48,932 nt of DNA from a virus, in the IMG/VR virus record IMGVR_UViG_3300037458_000314, positions 1-48,932 of that record; one strand, written 5' to 3'. Made by a program: the position numbers and the translations under genes. Under the pieces are notes generated by a model, which saw only the letters and a list, made by a program, of their open reading frames with translations, was not told the origin of the DNA and did no database searches. Shown here piece after piece: positions 31,718 through 41,014 of this stretch (positions within the stretch are counted from its first letter, which is position 1; each line of letters starts with the position of its first letter).

Positions 31718-34700
31718 ATGGCCGCCAAACCCACCCCGCCGAGCCAGTCCTACTCGTTCACCGACCACTCCATCAGCTTCCCCTCCACGCCACAGCCGGG
31801 TGACCGGCTCGATTCCGAGTTAGACGCCCTCCGAACCTTCGCTGCGCAGGTGACTGCGTGGGCCAGCACGGCTATCGCCGACGACGGCACCATCAAGGCG
31901 GGGGTTATCGGCACGGTGAACCTCGATCCGAGCCTGGTGCAGGGCATCGTCGACGATGTCGAGAGCGAAGTTCAGCCGTTGGTGAACGATGCGCAGGTAG
32001 CTGCGGGGCTCGCGGAGGCGGCGAAAGTGGCTGCCGAGGCTGCCAGAGACACGACGCAGGGGTATGTGGGCACCGTTCAGGGCGCTGCGAACGCCGCCAG
32101 CGCCGCTGCGGCAGCTGCGGCCACGTCTCAAGACAACTGCGTGCAGATTCTGTCGGAGACATCGGGCTACGCGACCCAGGCAGAAAGCAACGCGAGCTAC
32201 ATGGCCGCGCAGATTCCGGCGCTGAACGGCTGGCGTAACGACACCATCATGTTCGCCGAGTACATGGCGGGCCCGGTGTGGACCAGCGAGCAGTACGCGC
32301 TGATCGACCCGAGTGAATTGCCGCCTGGATTCGCCTACCAGCCGGTCGACGGGCTGCCGGCGGGTCTGCACTCCGCCAAGTGGTGGGCGGTGCAGGCCAT
32401 GCAGATCGTCGAGGCGATGCAGACGGACTTCCTGCTGCGGACCGGTGGCACCTTGACCGGTGCGCTGACGCTGGTTGGTGATCCGACGGACCCGCTGCAC
32501 GCGGCGACGAAGCAGTACGCCGACACGAAGGTGGCGAAGTCCGGTGACACCATGACCGGGTGGCTGACGCTGCACAGCAGCTCGCCCACGCAGGCGCTGC
32601 ACGCGGCGTCGAAGGGGTATGTGGACACGGCGTTGTCCGCGGCGATCGGCGGGACGTACCTGCCGCTGTCCGGTGGGACGATGACCGGGTTCATCACGGC
32701 GCACACGGACTACCCGACGGCGGACCGGCACGCGGCGACCAAGAAGTACGTCGACACGATGGTGGCAGCTGGCGGTCTGAACCCCTTGGTCTACGTCGCC
32801 AAGGCCGGCGACACCATGACCGGGGCGCTGGGGGTGATTCCGGGCACGGTCGGGGCGCCCGGGCTGAACTTCTCCGGAGACACGGACACCGGGCTGTATA
32901 GCGTGTCTTCAAACACGTTTGGGCTCGCTGCCAGCGGTCAAAGCGTGGCTGTCGCCTACCCGGGTGTCTTTGCTGTCGGTGCGGACTACAGCGGGGCCGC
33001 ACCCGCAGGGATGAGCTATGCCCTCCGGGTTTCCGCCCTATCTTCGGCTGCTGGTGTAGGGGTGCTGCGGTACACCGCTGACGCCAATGGCCCCACGCTG
33101 GGCCTCTACAAATCGCGCGGAACCAGCTACGGCACAGAAGTTGAGCCTCTGTTGAATGATGTGCTTGGCGTTATCACCTTTACCGGCTGGGATGGAGATA
33201 GCGTCTACCAAGCCTCGCAGATCCGAGCAATCGCTGCCGAAAACTGGACGACCTCGTTGGGGGGCAGCTGCCTGCTGTTCTATACCACTCCGACTGGCGG
33301 CCAGGCTCTGTCAGAACGGATGCGGATCGACGGCACAGGCAACCTCTGCGTGGGTACGACCAGCTCCGGCGGCTACCGGATGCGGGTTGGTGGGGCTTCG
33401 ACCACCATCAGCGCGTACTACGCCGCAGACGACGCGAGTGGGCCTAATCTGGCGTTTCAGAAGTACCGGGGTTCCGGCATCAACCTGGCCTATCTCGACG
33501 ACATCGGCGTCATCGACTTTCTCGCCATCAACGCCAGTGGCACCTCGCAGCGTGCTGCGAGCATCTTTGGCGAGGCCGACGGGGCTCACGGCACAGGGTC
33601 TTCGCCGGGACGGCTGTCGTTCAATACCACGCCTTCGGGTTCCACTACCGCGCTGCGGCGGATGCAGATACGCGGTGACGGTACGGTCTATTTTCAGCCA
33701 GACGGTACGAACGTCATTTGGACGATAACCAGTACCGGGCAGCTGCTCCAAAGCGCCAGCATCGGTGGGTCCGAGGGCTCTGTCATTCGCCTCTACAGCG
33801 GCCTGGCTTCGTCTTCGGCGTATCAGTACCTGGTTCACGCAAGCACGCCTGTCATGCCGACAGCTGCCGTGACCACCGTGTACGGCGCGAACTACCTGCC
33901 GCAGCTGCAGTCGTCCAGCTCGAACGTAGGCTCTGCTGTCGCCGTTCACGCACGGGTGGACACGCTCGCCAGCTATACCGGGGCGCTGACCACGATTACC
34001 GGCGTCCAGGTGGGCGGGGCAAGTGTCGCCGGAACGCAGCCGGTGACGAACTTCTACGGGGTGGACGTTTCCGACAACTCCGGCGCCGCCACTAACTCCT
34101 ACGGTGTGATCGCGCGGCAGTCCGCTGGCACGAACAAGTGGAACCTGTACTGCGTCGGTACGGCGGCGAACTACATGGCGGGTGCGCTGGGCATCGGTAC
34201 TACGTCGCTGACGGGTGCTCGCCTGGTAGTTGCAGGGAACCTCACTGGGGCCACAACCGCGATTGCCGGACTCGTCAATCCGACCGTTCAGAGTGATGTG
34301 ACGGCGAGCCACGGCATCCGTTCCGAACTCATCACGGCGGCAGCCTCCTTCACGCTGTCCTCACACGCCCACTTCAGGGCTCGTCAGTCTTCCATTGGCG
34401 CAGGGTCGGCTGTCACCTCCCAATACGGCTTCTGGGCGGATAACACCCTGACGGGCGGCACCAACAACTACGGGTTTGTGGGCGAGATTCCCGCCGCCAC
34501 GGGGGCGTGGAACCTGTACATGAATGGCACCGCCAACAACTACCTGGCGGGTGCGTTGGGTATCGGGTCTACGGTGCTGACCGGGATGTCGCTCCGTGTC
34601 TCGAAGGCGTTGACCGGCGCAACCGATGTCTTTGGGGTGCTGTCTTCTGGGACTATTCAGAGCGATGCCACTACGTCTGCGAAGATGTTCAACTCGCAGG

Positions 34701-35329
34701 TGTACACGCAAGCTGCCTCGTTCACTTGCGGCTACGTCTACCACTTCGTCGCGGATCAGGGCGCACTGGGCGCAGGGTCTGCCATCACCAACCAGTACGG
34801 GTTCGCCGTAAGCAATAGCCTGACCGGCGGCACCAAGAACTACGGCTTCTATGGGAACCTGTCAGCCGGAACGGGCCGGTGGAACCTGCACATGGATGGT
34901 ACTGCTCAGAACTTCATCCTGGGCAACCTGGGTATCGGTTCGGGCAAGACGGTTCCTGGTTACGCGGTAGACGTTGCTGGCACGGTCAGCACCGAAAACC
35001 TGAGGATCACGAAGCTCGCCTACTACGACGAGGTCTACGACAACGGCAACTCGGGAACGTCGAAGACCATCGACTGGACGAACGGCAACAAGCAGAAGGT
35101 GACGATGACGGGGAACTGCACCTTCACGTTCACCGCGCCGACGGGCCCGTGCGAGGGCAAGCTGGTGATGAAACAGGACGCGACTGGCGGGCGGACGACG
35201 ACGTTCCCGACGATGAAGAAGCTCGACGGGTCGGCGTTCGTGTTCAACACGGCAGCAAACGCGACCAACATCCTGAGCTGGTTCTACGACGGCACTAATT
35301 ACTACGGTGCGGTGGCGAGCTTCAGCTGA
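31718..35329 (+). CDS. Tail fibre protein (1203 aa)
   Basis: Four phage-fibre repeats of the type GGT(L/M)TGxLxL....HAATKxYVD (about 32440-32830). Gly/Ser/Thr/Ala-rich beta composition. Three ~123-aa tandem modules in the distal half. Confidence 0.85.
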   Translation: MAAKPTPPSQSYSFTDHSISFPSTPQPGDRLDSELDALRTFAAQVTAWASTAIADDGTIKAGVIGTVNLDPSLVQGIVDDVESEVQPLVNDAQVAAGLAEAAKVAAEAARDTTQGYVGTVQGAANAASAAAAAAATSQDNCVQILSETSGYATQAESNASYMAAQIPALNGWRNDTIMFAEYMAGPVWTSEQYALIDPSELPPGFAYQPVDGLPAGLHSAKWWAVQAMQIVEAMQTDFLLRTGGTLTGALTLVGDPTDPLHAATKQYADTKVAKSGDTMTGWLTLHSSSPTQALHAASKGYVDTALSAAIGGTYLPLSGGTMTGFITAHTDYPTADRHAATKKYVDTMVAAGGLNPLVYVAKAGDTMTGALGVIPGTVGAPGLNFSGDTDTGLYSVSSNTFGLAASGQSVAVAYPGVFAVGADYSGAAPAGMSYALRVSALSSAAGVGVLRYTADANGPTLGLYKSRGTSYGTEVEPLLNDVLGVITFTGWDGDSVYQASQIRAIAAENWTTSLGGSCLLFYTTPTGGQALSERMRIDGTGNLCVGTTSSGGYRMRVGGASTTISAYYAADDASGPNLAFQKYRGSGINLAYLDDIGVIDFLAINASGTSQRAASIFGEADGAHGTGSSPGRLSFNTTPSGSTTALRRMQIRGDGTVYFQPDGTNVIWTITSTGQLLQSASIGGSEGSVIRLYSGLASSSAYQYLVHASTPVMPTAAVTTVYGANYLPQLQSSSSNVGSAVAVHARVDTLASYTGALTTITGVQVGGASVAGTQPVTNFYGVDVSDNSGAATNSYGVIARQSAGTNKWNLYCVGTAANYMAGALGIGTTSLTGARLVVAGNLTGATTAIAGLVNPTVQSDVTASHGIRSELITAAASFTLSSHAHFRARQSSIGAGSAVTSQYGFWADNTLTGGTNNYGFVGEIPAATGAWNLYMNGTANNYLAGALGIGSTVLTGMSLRVSKALTGATDVFGVLSSGTIQSDATTSAKMFNSQVYTQAASFTCGYVYHFVADQGALGAGSAITNQYGFAVSNSLTGGTKNYGFYGNLSAGTGRWNLHMDGTAQNFILGNLGIGSGKTVPGYAVDVAGTVSTENLRITKLAYYDEVYDNGNSGTSKTIDWTNGNKQKVTMTGNCTFTFTAPTGPCEGKLVMKQDATGGRTTTFPTMKKLDGSAFVFNTAANATNILSWFYDGTNYYGAVASFS
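33760..34950 (+). repeat. Three tandem ~123-124-aa protein modules inside the tail fibre (boundaries approximate)
   Basis: The boundary motif (K/A/R)WNL(Y/H)..GTA.N(Y/F)..G.LGIG recurs with its Trp codon at 34139, 34508 and 34880 (spacings 369 and 372 nt). Confidence 0.7.
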
Positions 35330-36402
35330 TGAAAGTCTTCGAGACGATCTCTGAGCTGACTGTTCCGACAGCGAGCAGCTGGCAGACGATCAATCTGTCA
35401 TCCTACTTCGGAACGCAGGACAGTCCGGTTGGGCTGCTCCTGATGGTGACGAACAAGAGCACATCGGCCTACTACACTGCCGGCGCCCGCTGCTACGGCA
35501 GCTCTGAGACATACACCTGGAGGATGCACTACGGGGAACGGATGTTCCTCCCGGTTGGGCTCAGTTCCGACAAGAAGATTGACCTTTATTCGAGCAACCT
35601 GACCAACCTTGACTTCCACTTGGTCGCCTTCTTCGAGGACCACGAGGCCTACTTCCCCGTGACTCGCCACGCGGCGACGAAGACAGGATCGACGACAGCC
35701 AACTGGTCCGACATCGACCCGTCTTCAATCATCCAGGGGGGCGACGTTCCACGCGGCTATCTCGGAATCCTCTGTGCTGTCGCCACATGGAACTACGCGC
35801 GGTATACCGGTGCCCGGCCGAACGGTTCCACTGACACCGGAATCCAAAATGTTCTGTTTCCGGGCGCTGCGTCTTTCTTCGTGGCGACCAATGACGAGCT
35901 GATTGAGGTTTGCAATTACTCGCCTTTCGGTACGCCAGCCAACATCACTGTCTTGACGGCGGGTTATTTGAAGCAGAGCAGCAAGTTGCTCTCTGTGATC
36001 AACGCCGAGACGATTCAGTCACTGACGAGCAGCGATTCATGGGCCAATGTCCCCGACACGAAGACGCTGGGCGGCGTCCCTGCGATGGACTTCCTGTCGG
36101 CCTTCTCGCTGGGTGGGACAACGGATGACCCCTTGCCAGTGCGTATCGCCCTGGCAGCCAGCTCCTCGGACACGCCGTTGGCAACGCCAACCGCGCCAGG
36201 GGACTACGCCTGGTCTATCTATGGCGGCGCGTTGACCGGTCTGTCGCCATTCCCGCTCTTGCGCAGCCGGGCTACCGGTCGGACGCAGAGCGCGTACTTG
36301 AATGACTTTGACGCCGACACGGTGACGGCCAATCTCATCGCCTATCTGGCTTGGTCGAAGTCGTCCGGGGTGGCTGCTTTCATGCTTGGAGAGCTGTTCT
36401 GA
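35329..36402 (+). CDS. Hypothetical protein (357 aa), lower GC; possibly a fibre-associated/receptor-binding accessory
   Basis: ATG overlaps the fibre stop (TGATG). Visibly lower GC and GC3 than its neighbours. No motif recognised. Confidence 0.65.
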   Translation: MKVFETISELTVPTASSWQTINLSSYFGTQDSPVGLLLMVTNKSTSAYYTAGARCYGSSETYTWRMHYGERMFLPVGLSSDKKIDLYSSNLTNLDFHLVAFFEDHEAYFPVTRHAATKTGSTTANWSDIDPSSIIQGGDVPRGYLGILCAVATWNYARYTGARPNGSTDTGIQNVLFPGAASFFVATNDELIEVCNYSPFGTPANITVLTAGYLKQSSKLLSVINAETIQSLTSSDSWANVPDTKTLGGVPAMDFLSAFSLGGTTDDPLPVRIALAASSSDTPLATPTAPGDYAWSIYGGALTGLSPFPLLRSRATGRTQSAYLNDFDADTVTANLIAYLAWSKSSGVAAFMLGELF

Positions 36403-37244
36403 TGGACACCACGCAACGCCGTTACGACAAGGTGCCCTTCGGTTCGGTGCGGGCGGCCATCGACCCGGCCTACGTCGAGGCTTTGGCCGCCCTCACAGAA
36501 GCCTACTACGGGCCCCTGGACGAACGTGGCCGGCGCGTGCCGGGCACCGGCTGGCGCAACGGTGAGTCCCGCCCCTGGAATGGTTACGACGTGCAGAAGA
36601 CACGCGCTGAGTCCCTGGCGCAGTTTGAGCAGCTTCACACGGCGCTGCATCTTCAGTACGAGGTCGAGCTGGCGGACGCCCTGGCGGCGGCCCAAGACAG
36701 CCTGCCAATCGAAGACAAGGCGTTCTTGCCAGGGAGCCAGTCCGAGTTCGCGGTGAAAGCGTTGGAGAAGGCGCAAGAGGCCGTGCGTGCACTGCCCGCG
36801 GACAAGAAAGCCGTGTTGGTGGCGAGCTTGGTGTCCGGCGCCCTGGTGGCCGCGGAGAAAGAGGCAGAGCGCAACCGGCCGCTTCCGGTCGAGAAGCCGG
36901 TGGAGGAGCCGGTCGAGAAGCCGGTGGAGGAGCCGGTCGAGAAGCCGGTCGAGGAACCCCACGGCAAGCCGGAGGAGCTTGGTGGCAAGCCGGGGGAGCT
37001 TGGTGGCAAGCCGGAGGAGCTTCCTGAAAAGCCGGAGGAGCTTCCTGGCAAGCCGGAGGAGCCTTCGGCTCCGGAGCCATTGCCAGAGCGGGAAGAACCC
37101 CCTTGGACGCCCTCAGAGCCTCCTGTGGGGCCGCCTGTCGTGCCCGGCCCGCCCGACTCTGTCTGGGAGGAGCCAGTCCCCGAGGTTCACCCGCCGCAGC
37201 CGGAGCCCTCGGACACCGAGCGGGAGTGGCCCCTTGTCGACTGA
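36402..37244 (+). CDS. Hypothetical protein with a Pro/Glu/Lys-rich periodic C-terminal half, immediately upstream of terL (small-terminase position)
   Basis: ATG 36402 overlaps the upstream TGA. Repeats EKPVEEPV x3 and GKPEEL(G/P) x5. The small-terminase role is suggested by position only. Confidence 0.55.
   Translation: MDTTQRRYDKVPFGSVRAAIDPAYVEALAALTEAYYGPLDERGRRVPGTGWRNGESRPWNGYDVQKTRAESLAQFEQLHTALHLQYEVELADALAAAQDSLPIEDKAFLPGSQSEFAVKALEKAQEAVRALPADKKAVLVASLVSGALVAAEKEAERNRPLPVEKPVEEPVEKPVEEPVEKPVEEPHGKPEELGGKPGELGGKPEELPEKPEELPGKPEEPSAPEPLPEREEPPWTPSEPPVGPPVVPGPPDSVWEEPVPEVHPPQPEPSDTEREWPLVD
36888..37067 (+). repeat. In-frame tandem DNA repeats: 24 bp x2.9 (36888-36957) and 21 bp x5 (36963-37067)
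   Basis: Units gtcgagaagccggtggaggagccg and ggcaagccggaggagcttggt (with variants), read directly. Confidence 0.9.
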
Positions 37245-38838
37245 ATACGAGCTGGACCAGCTGATGGCGCTCGAAGACGAGCGTCAGCGGCGGCTGCGTG
37301 CTCTGTACGACGAGAAAGTGCGACGCGAGGCGCAGGGCAGCCTGCTGTCCTTCGTGCAGTACCTCATGCCGCACCCGGACCACGATGGCGACGCCAGGTT
37401 CTCGCTCTACACCCCGGAGAAGCACCACCGGATGATCGCTGCCCGGCTGGAGGCGGTGGCCGCCGGCAAGATCAAGCGGCTCATCATCAACGCGCCGCCG
37501 AGACACGGGAAGTCGGAGCTGGCCACCAAGAAGTTCCCGGCCTGGTATCTCGGCAAGCACCCACGCCGGTCGGTGATTGTCGGCACCTACAATGACACGT
37601 TCGCGGCGGACCTCGGGCGTGCGGTTCGTGATGCGTTCAACCATCCCAACTACACGAAGGTGTTCCCGAAGTCGGAGCTGAAAGACTCGGTGCAGGGCGT
37701 CCTGTACCAGGAGACAGCCGGCGGGGGTGTTCTCGCAGCCGCAGGGCGTGGTTCGTCGATCACGGGGCGCGGTGGTGACCTCATCATCATCGACGACCCG
37801 ATCAAGGACCGGAAAGAGGCGGACTCGGAGACGATCCGGAACCAGCTCTGGTTCTGGTTCACGCAGGTGATCCGGTCGCGCATGATGACGGATGCCGGCG
37901 CCATCGTTCTCATCCAGACACGTTGGCACGCAGACGACCTCGTCGGGCGGCTTACCGATCCGAACAACGACTATTACGACGCCTCGGAGGCGAAGACGTG
38001 GGAGGTAGTCGACCTTCCTGCGCTGGCCGAAGAAAACGACGTGTTGCGTCGCAAGCCGGGCGAGGCGCTGTGGCCTTCCCGGTTCTCCAAGAAGCACCTG
38101 GAGTCCGAACGAGCACTGGACCCTCGCGGTTTCTCGGCGTTGTACCAGGGTCGTCCGGCGCTTGGTGCGGAGGCCTTCTTTGTCGCCGAAGACATCAAGA
38201 CCTACGACAGGCGCAGCGATGCGCCGCGCGATCTGCGGTACTACATCGCTTCGGACCACGCCATCTCGGAGAAGCAGAACCGCGACAAGACTTGCATCAT
38301 CGTTGGCGGTGTCGACAAAGACGGGGTGCTCTGGATCGTTGATGTCTTCTGGAAACAGATTCCGTCGCACGTCCAGGTCGAGACGATGCTGCACTTTATG
38401 AAGCGGTACAGGCCGACGTTCTGGTGGACGGAGAAGACGCACATCAACATGGTCCTCGGGCCCTTCCTGCGAAAGCGGATGGCGGAGACAGGGACCTACT
38501 CGATGGTGGTGGAGCTGAGTGTCCAGAAGGGTGACAAGCAGTCTCGGGCGCAGTCGATCAAGGCGCGAATGGCAATGGGGATGGTGCGGTTCCCACGCAC
38601 CGCTTCCTGGTTCTACGACGCCAAGCGCGAGCTGTTGTCTTTCCCTTACGGGCAGCACGATGACTTTGTCGACGCTCTGGCCTTGCTTGGCATCGGCATG
38701 GACCAGTACACGAAGCCGAAAGCTCCGCAGAAGGAAGCAACGGCAGGTGCAAGGGTTGGCACACTGGCCTGGGTGAAAGAGGCGTCGAGACAGCGGCAGC
38801 GACAGCTGACGCTCGGTAAAACTACAGCGGGATGGTGA
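37234..38838 (+). CDS. terL: Terminase large subunit
   Basis: Walker A INAPPRHGKSE, Walker B DLIIIDDP, IQTRWHADD, nuclease motifs YIASDHAIS and HDDFVDALA. Start is TTG 37234 after GGGAG (alternative ATG 37264). Confidence 0.9.
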   Translation: MSTEYELDQLMALEDERQRRLRALYDEKVRREAQGSLLSFVQYLMPHPDHDGDARFSLYTPEKHHRMIAARLEAVAAGKIKRLIINAPPRHGKSELATKKFPAWYLGKHPRRSVIVGTYNDTFAADLGRAVRDAFNHPNYTKVFPKSELKDSVQGVLYQETAGGGVLAAAGRGSSITGRGGDLIIIDDPIKDRKEADSETIRNQLWFWFTQVIRSRMMTDAGAIVLIQTRWHADDLVGRLTDPNNDYYDASEAKTWEVVDLPALAEENDVLRRKPGEALWPSRFSKKHLESERALDPRGFSALYQGRPALGAEAFFVAEDIKTYDRRSDAPRDLRYYIASDHAISEKQNRDKTCIIVGGVDKDGVLWIVDVFWKQIPSHVQVETMLHFMKRYRPTFWWTEKTHINMVLGPFLRKRMAETGTYSMVVELSVQKGDKQSRAQSIKARMAMGMVRFPRTASWFYDAKRELLSFPYGQHDDFVDALALLGIGMDQYTKPKAPQKEATAGARVGTLAWVKEASRQRQRQLTLGKTTAGW

Positions 38839-38842
38839 CGGC

Positions 38843-40975
38843 ATGGCGATCAACGAGTATGGGTTCGACGACGGGATGGAGGAACAGTCCACTGAGACTG
38901 TGATCCCGCGAGACACGCCTGAGCCGAGCCTGGCCCGGGCCGCCCTTGTCTCGCAGTGGTGTGAGAAGGTGGTGGAGGCGAAAGACCACTGGGAGGAGAA
39001 AGCCTTCCGGCGCATCCGCGAGGATGTGGAGTTCGTGTTTGGCAAGCAGTGGCCGAACGAAGAACCTTACGAAGACGACTCCAAGTACGTCGCCAACGTC
39101 ACGTTGCGGCACGTTCAGCAGCGTGTCGCGGCGCTCTACGCGAAGAACCCGAAAGCGGTTGCGCGGGTGCGGCAGCGCATGGACTACCAAATTTGGGACG
39201 GCAACATGCAGTCCCTGATGATGGCCACGCGGGCGGCTATCGCCGGCGATCCGCTGACCGGGATGCCCAACCCGCAGGCACAGGCTGTCGTCATGGACTT
39301 CATGCAGGCAGCCGATCAGCAGAAGCAGATGCGCAAGATCGCGCAGACGCTGGAACTGCTCTACGACTACAACATCGACGAGCAGATTCCGCCGTTCAAG
39401 GTTGCGATGAAACAGGCGGTACGACGTGCGCTGGTTGCCGGCGTGGCTTACATCAAGCTCGGCTACCAGCGCATTCTTCAGCCGAAGCCCGAGGTGGCAG
39501 CGCAGATCGCCGACCTGACGCAGCGGCTGTCTCTGATCGAGCGGCTGGCGGCAGACCTTGCAGACAAGGAGATCGACGACACGCAGGCAGAGGCAGAGCA
39601 GCTTCGGCTCACCATTCAGGACCTGCAAGGCCAGCTCGACCAAGTGGTGCGCGAGGGCTTGCTGTTTGACTACCCGAGTGCCACCAGCATCATCCCTGAC
39701 AAGAACACCAAGAGCCTTCGGAACTTCGTCGGCGCGAGCTGGGTGGCGCAGGAGTACCTACTGACGCCGGAGAAGGTGCAGGAGGTCTACGGCATCGACG
39801 TGGGCAAGAGTTTTCACGCCTACCGGACGGCGCACGAGCGGCTGCCGTTGACGGAAGGCGACGCCGAGACACAGGACGACGGGCTTGCCTGTGTCTGGGA
39901 GATTTACAACCAGCCTGATCAGCTGGTCTACGTCGTCTGCGACGGCTACCCGGACTTCCTCCAGGAGCCGGCGGCGCCGGATGTCTGGATCGAGCGGTTC
40001 TGGCCTTGGTTCACCCTCATCTTCAACGACACGGGCAGCGAGACGGACATCTACCCGCCGTCCGATGTCCGGCTGATTTCGCACCAGCAGCGGGAGATCA
40101 ACCGGGCACGACAGGGGCTGCGCGAGCATCGGGTGGCAAACCGGCCGAAGATGGCGACGGCGGCCGGCGCCCTGGACGACGAGGACAAGTCCAAGCTCCA
40201 GAGTCACCCGCCGAATGCGGTCCTGGAACTCAACGGCTTGGCGCCTGGCGGGAAGATCGAGGACCTGTTGCAGCCGGTGAAGATGCCGGGTATCGACCCG
40301 AACCTCTACGAGACGAATGGGGCCTTCGAGGACATCCTCCGGACGGTTGGTGCGCAGGAGGCGAACCTCGGCGGCACCGCGGGGGCTACGGCAACCGAGT
40401 CGAGCATTGCCGAGGCTTCCAGGGCGTCAGCGCAGCAGTCGAACATCGACGACTTCGACGACCTTCTCACCGAGATGGCGCGGGCTGCCGGGCAGATTCT
40501 GCTGGCTGAGACAAGCCCGGAGACAGTGCAGATGGTGGTTGGCAAGGGCGCGATCTGGCCGCAGCTGTCTCGGGCTGACATCGCCAAGGAAATCTTCCTG
40601 GAGATCGAGGCTGGCAGCGCCGGTCGGCCGAATCAGGCGCAGGAGGTGGCCAACCTGGAGCGGTTGATGCCGGTGCTGATCCAGATTCCGGGGCTCAATC
40701 CCGAGTTCCTGGCTCGGGAAATCCTGCGCCGACTGGACGACCGGTTGAACCTGGACGAGGCATTTGCCGCCGGGATGCCGTCGATCATCGCCATGAACGC
40801 CATGAAGGGGCTTCAGCAGGCTGGTGTGTCTCCGCCCGGTCAGGAGCCGGGGCAGCAGGGCGCCAAGGGCGGGGCCAACGCGCCCCAGCCGCCCGGGAGA
40901 CAGGGGCCGGCGCCACAGCCGCCGGGACCCCCGATGACGGCCGGACCCCCCGGTCCGCCCTCCGCCATGCCATAA
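38843..40975 (+). CDS. Portal protein
   Basis: 710 aa, directly after terL. N-terminal W...KAFRRIREDVEFVFGKQW pattern is typical of portals. Gly/Pro-rich C-terminal tail. Confidence 0.8.
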   Translation: MAINEYGFDDGMEEQSTETVIPRDTPEPSLARAALVSQWCEKVVEAKDHWEEKAFRRIREDVEFVFGKQWPNEEPYEDDSKYVANVTLRHVQQRVAALYAKNPKAVARVRQRMDYQIWDGNMQSLMMATRAAIAGDPLTGMPNPQAQAVVMDFMQAADQQKQMRKIAQTLELLYDYNIDEQIPPFKVAMKQAVRRALVAGVAYIKLGYQRILQPKPEVAAQIADLTQRLSLIERLAADLADKEIDDTQAEAEQLRLTIQDLQGQLDQVVREGLLFDYPSATSIIPDKNTKSLRNFVGASWVAQEYLLTPEKVQEVYGIDVGKSFHAYRTAHERLPLTEGDAETQDDGLACVWEIYNQPDQLVYVVCDGYPDFLQEPAAPDVWIERFWPWFTLIFNDTGSETDIYPPSDVRLISHQQREINRARQGLREHRVANRPKMATAAGALDDEDKSKLQSHPPNAVLELNGLAPGGKIEDLLQPVKMPGIDPNLYETNGAFEDILRTVGAQEANLGGTAGATATESSIAEASRASAQQSNIDDFDDLLTEMARAAGQILLAETSPETVQMVVGKGAIWPQLSRADIAKEIFLEIEAGSAGRPNQAQEVANLERLMPVLIQIPGLNPEFLAREILRRLDDRLNLDEAFAAGMPSIIAMNAMKGLQQAGVSPPGQEPGQQGAKGGANAPQPPGRQGPAPQPPGPPMTAGPPGPPSAMP

Positions 40976-41014
40976 GTGTTGGTTTTTCCACGAGACAGTG
41001 CTAAACATAGCGAC

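Noticed and set aside
31718-35329. Diversity-generating retroelement acting on the tail fibre
   Set aside because: No reverse transcriptase gene is present, and there is no template/variable repeat pair with A-specific differences. The internal repeats are diverged protein modules.
36493-39045. 850-aa ORF on the minus strand spanning the terL region
   Set aside because: It is antisense to genes with clear terminase/portal motifs. Its product is Arg/Pro/Ala/Val-rich low-complexity sequence, typical of stop-poor antisense frames in high-GC DNA.
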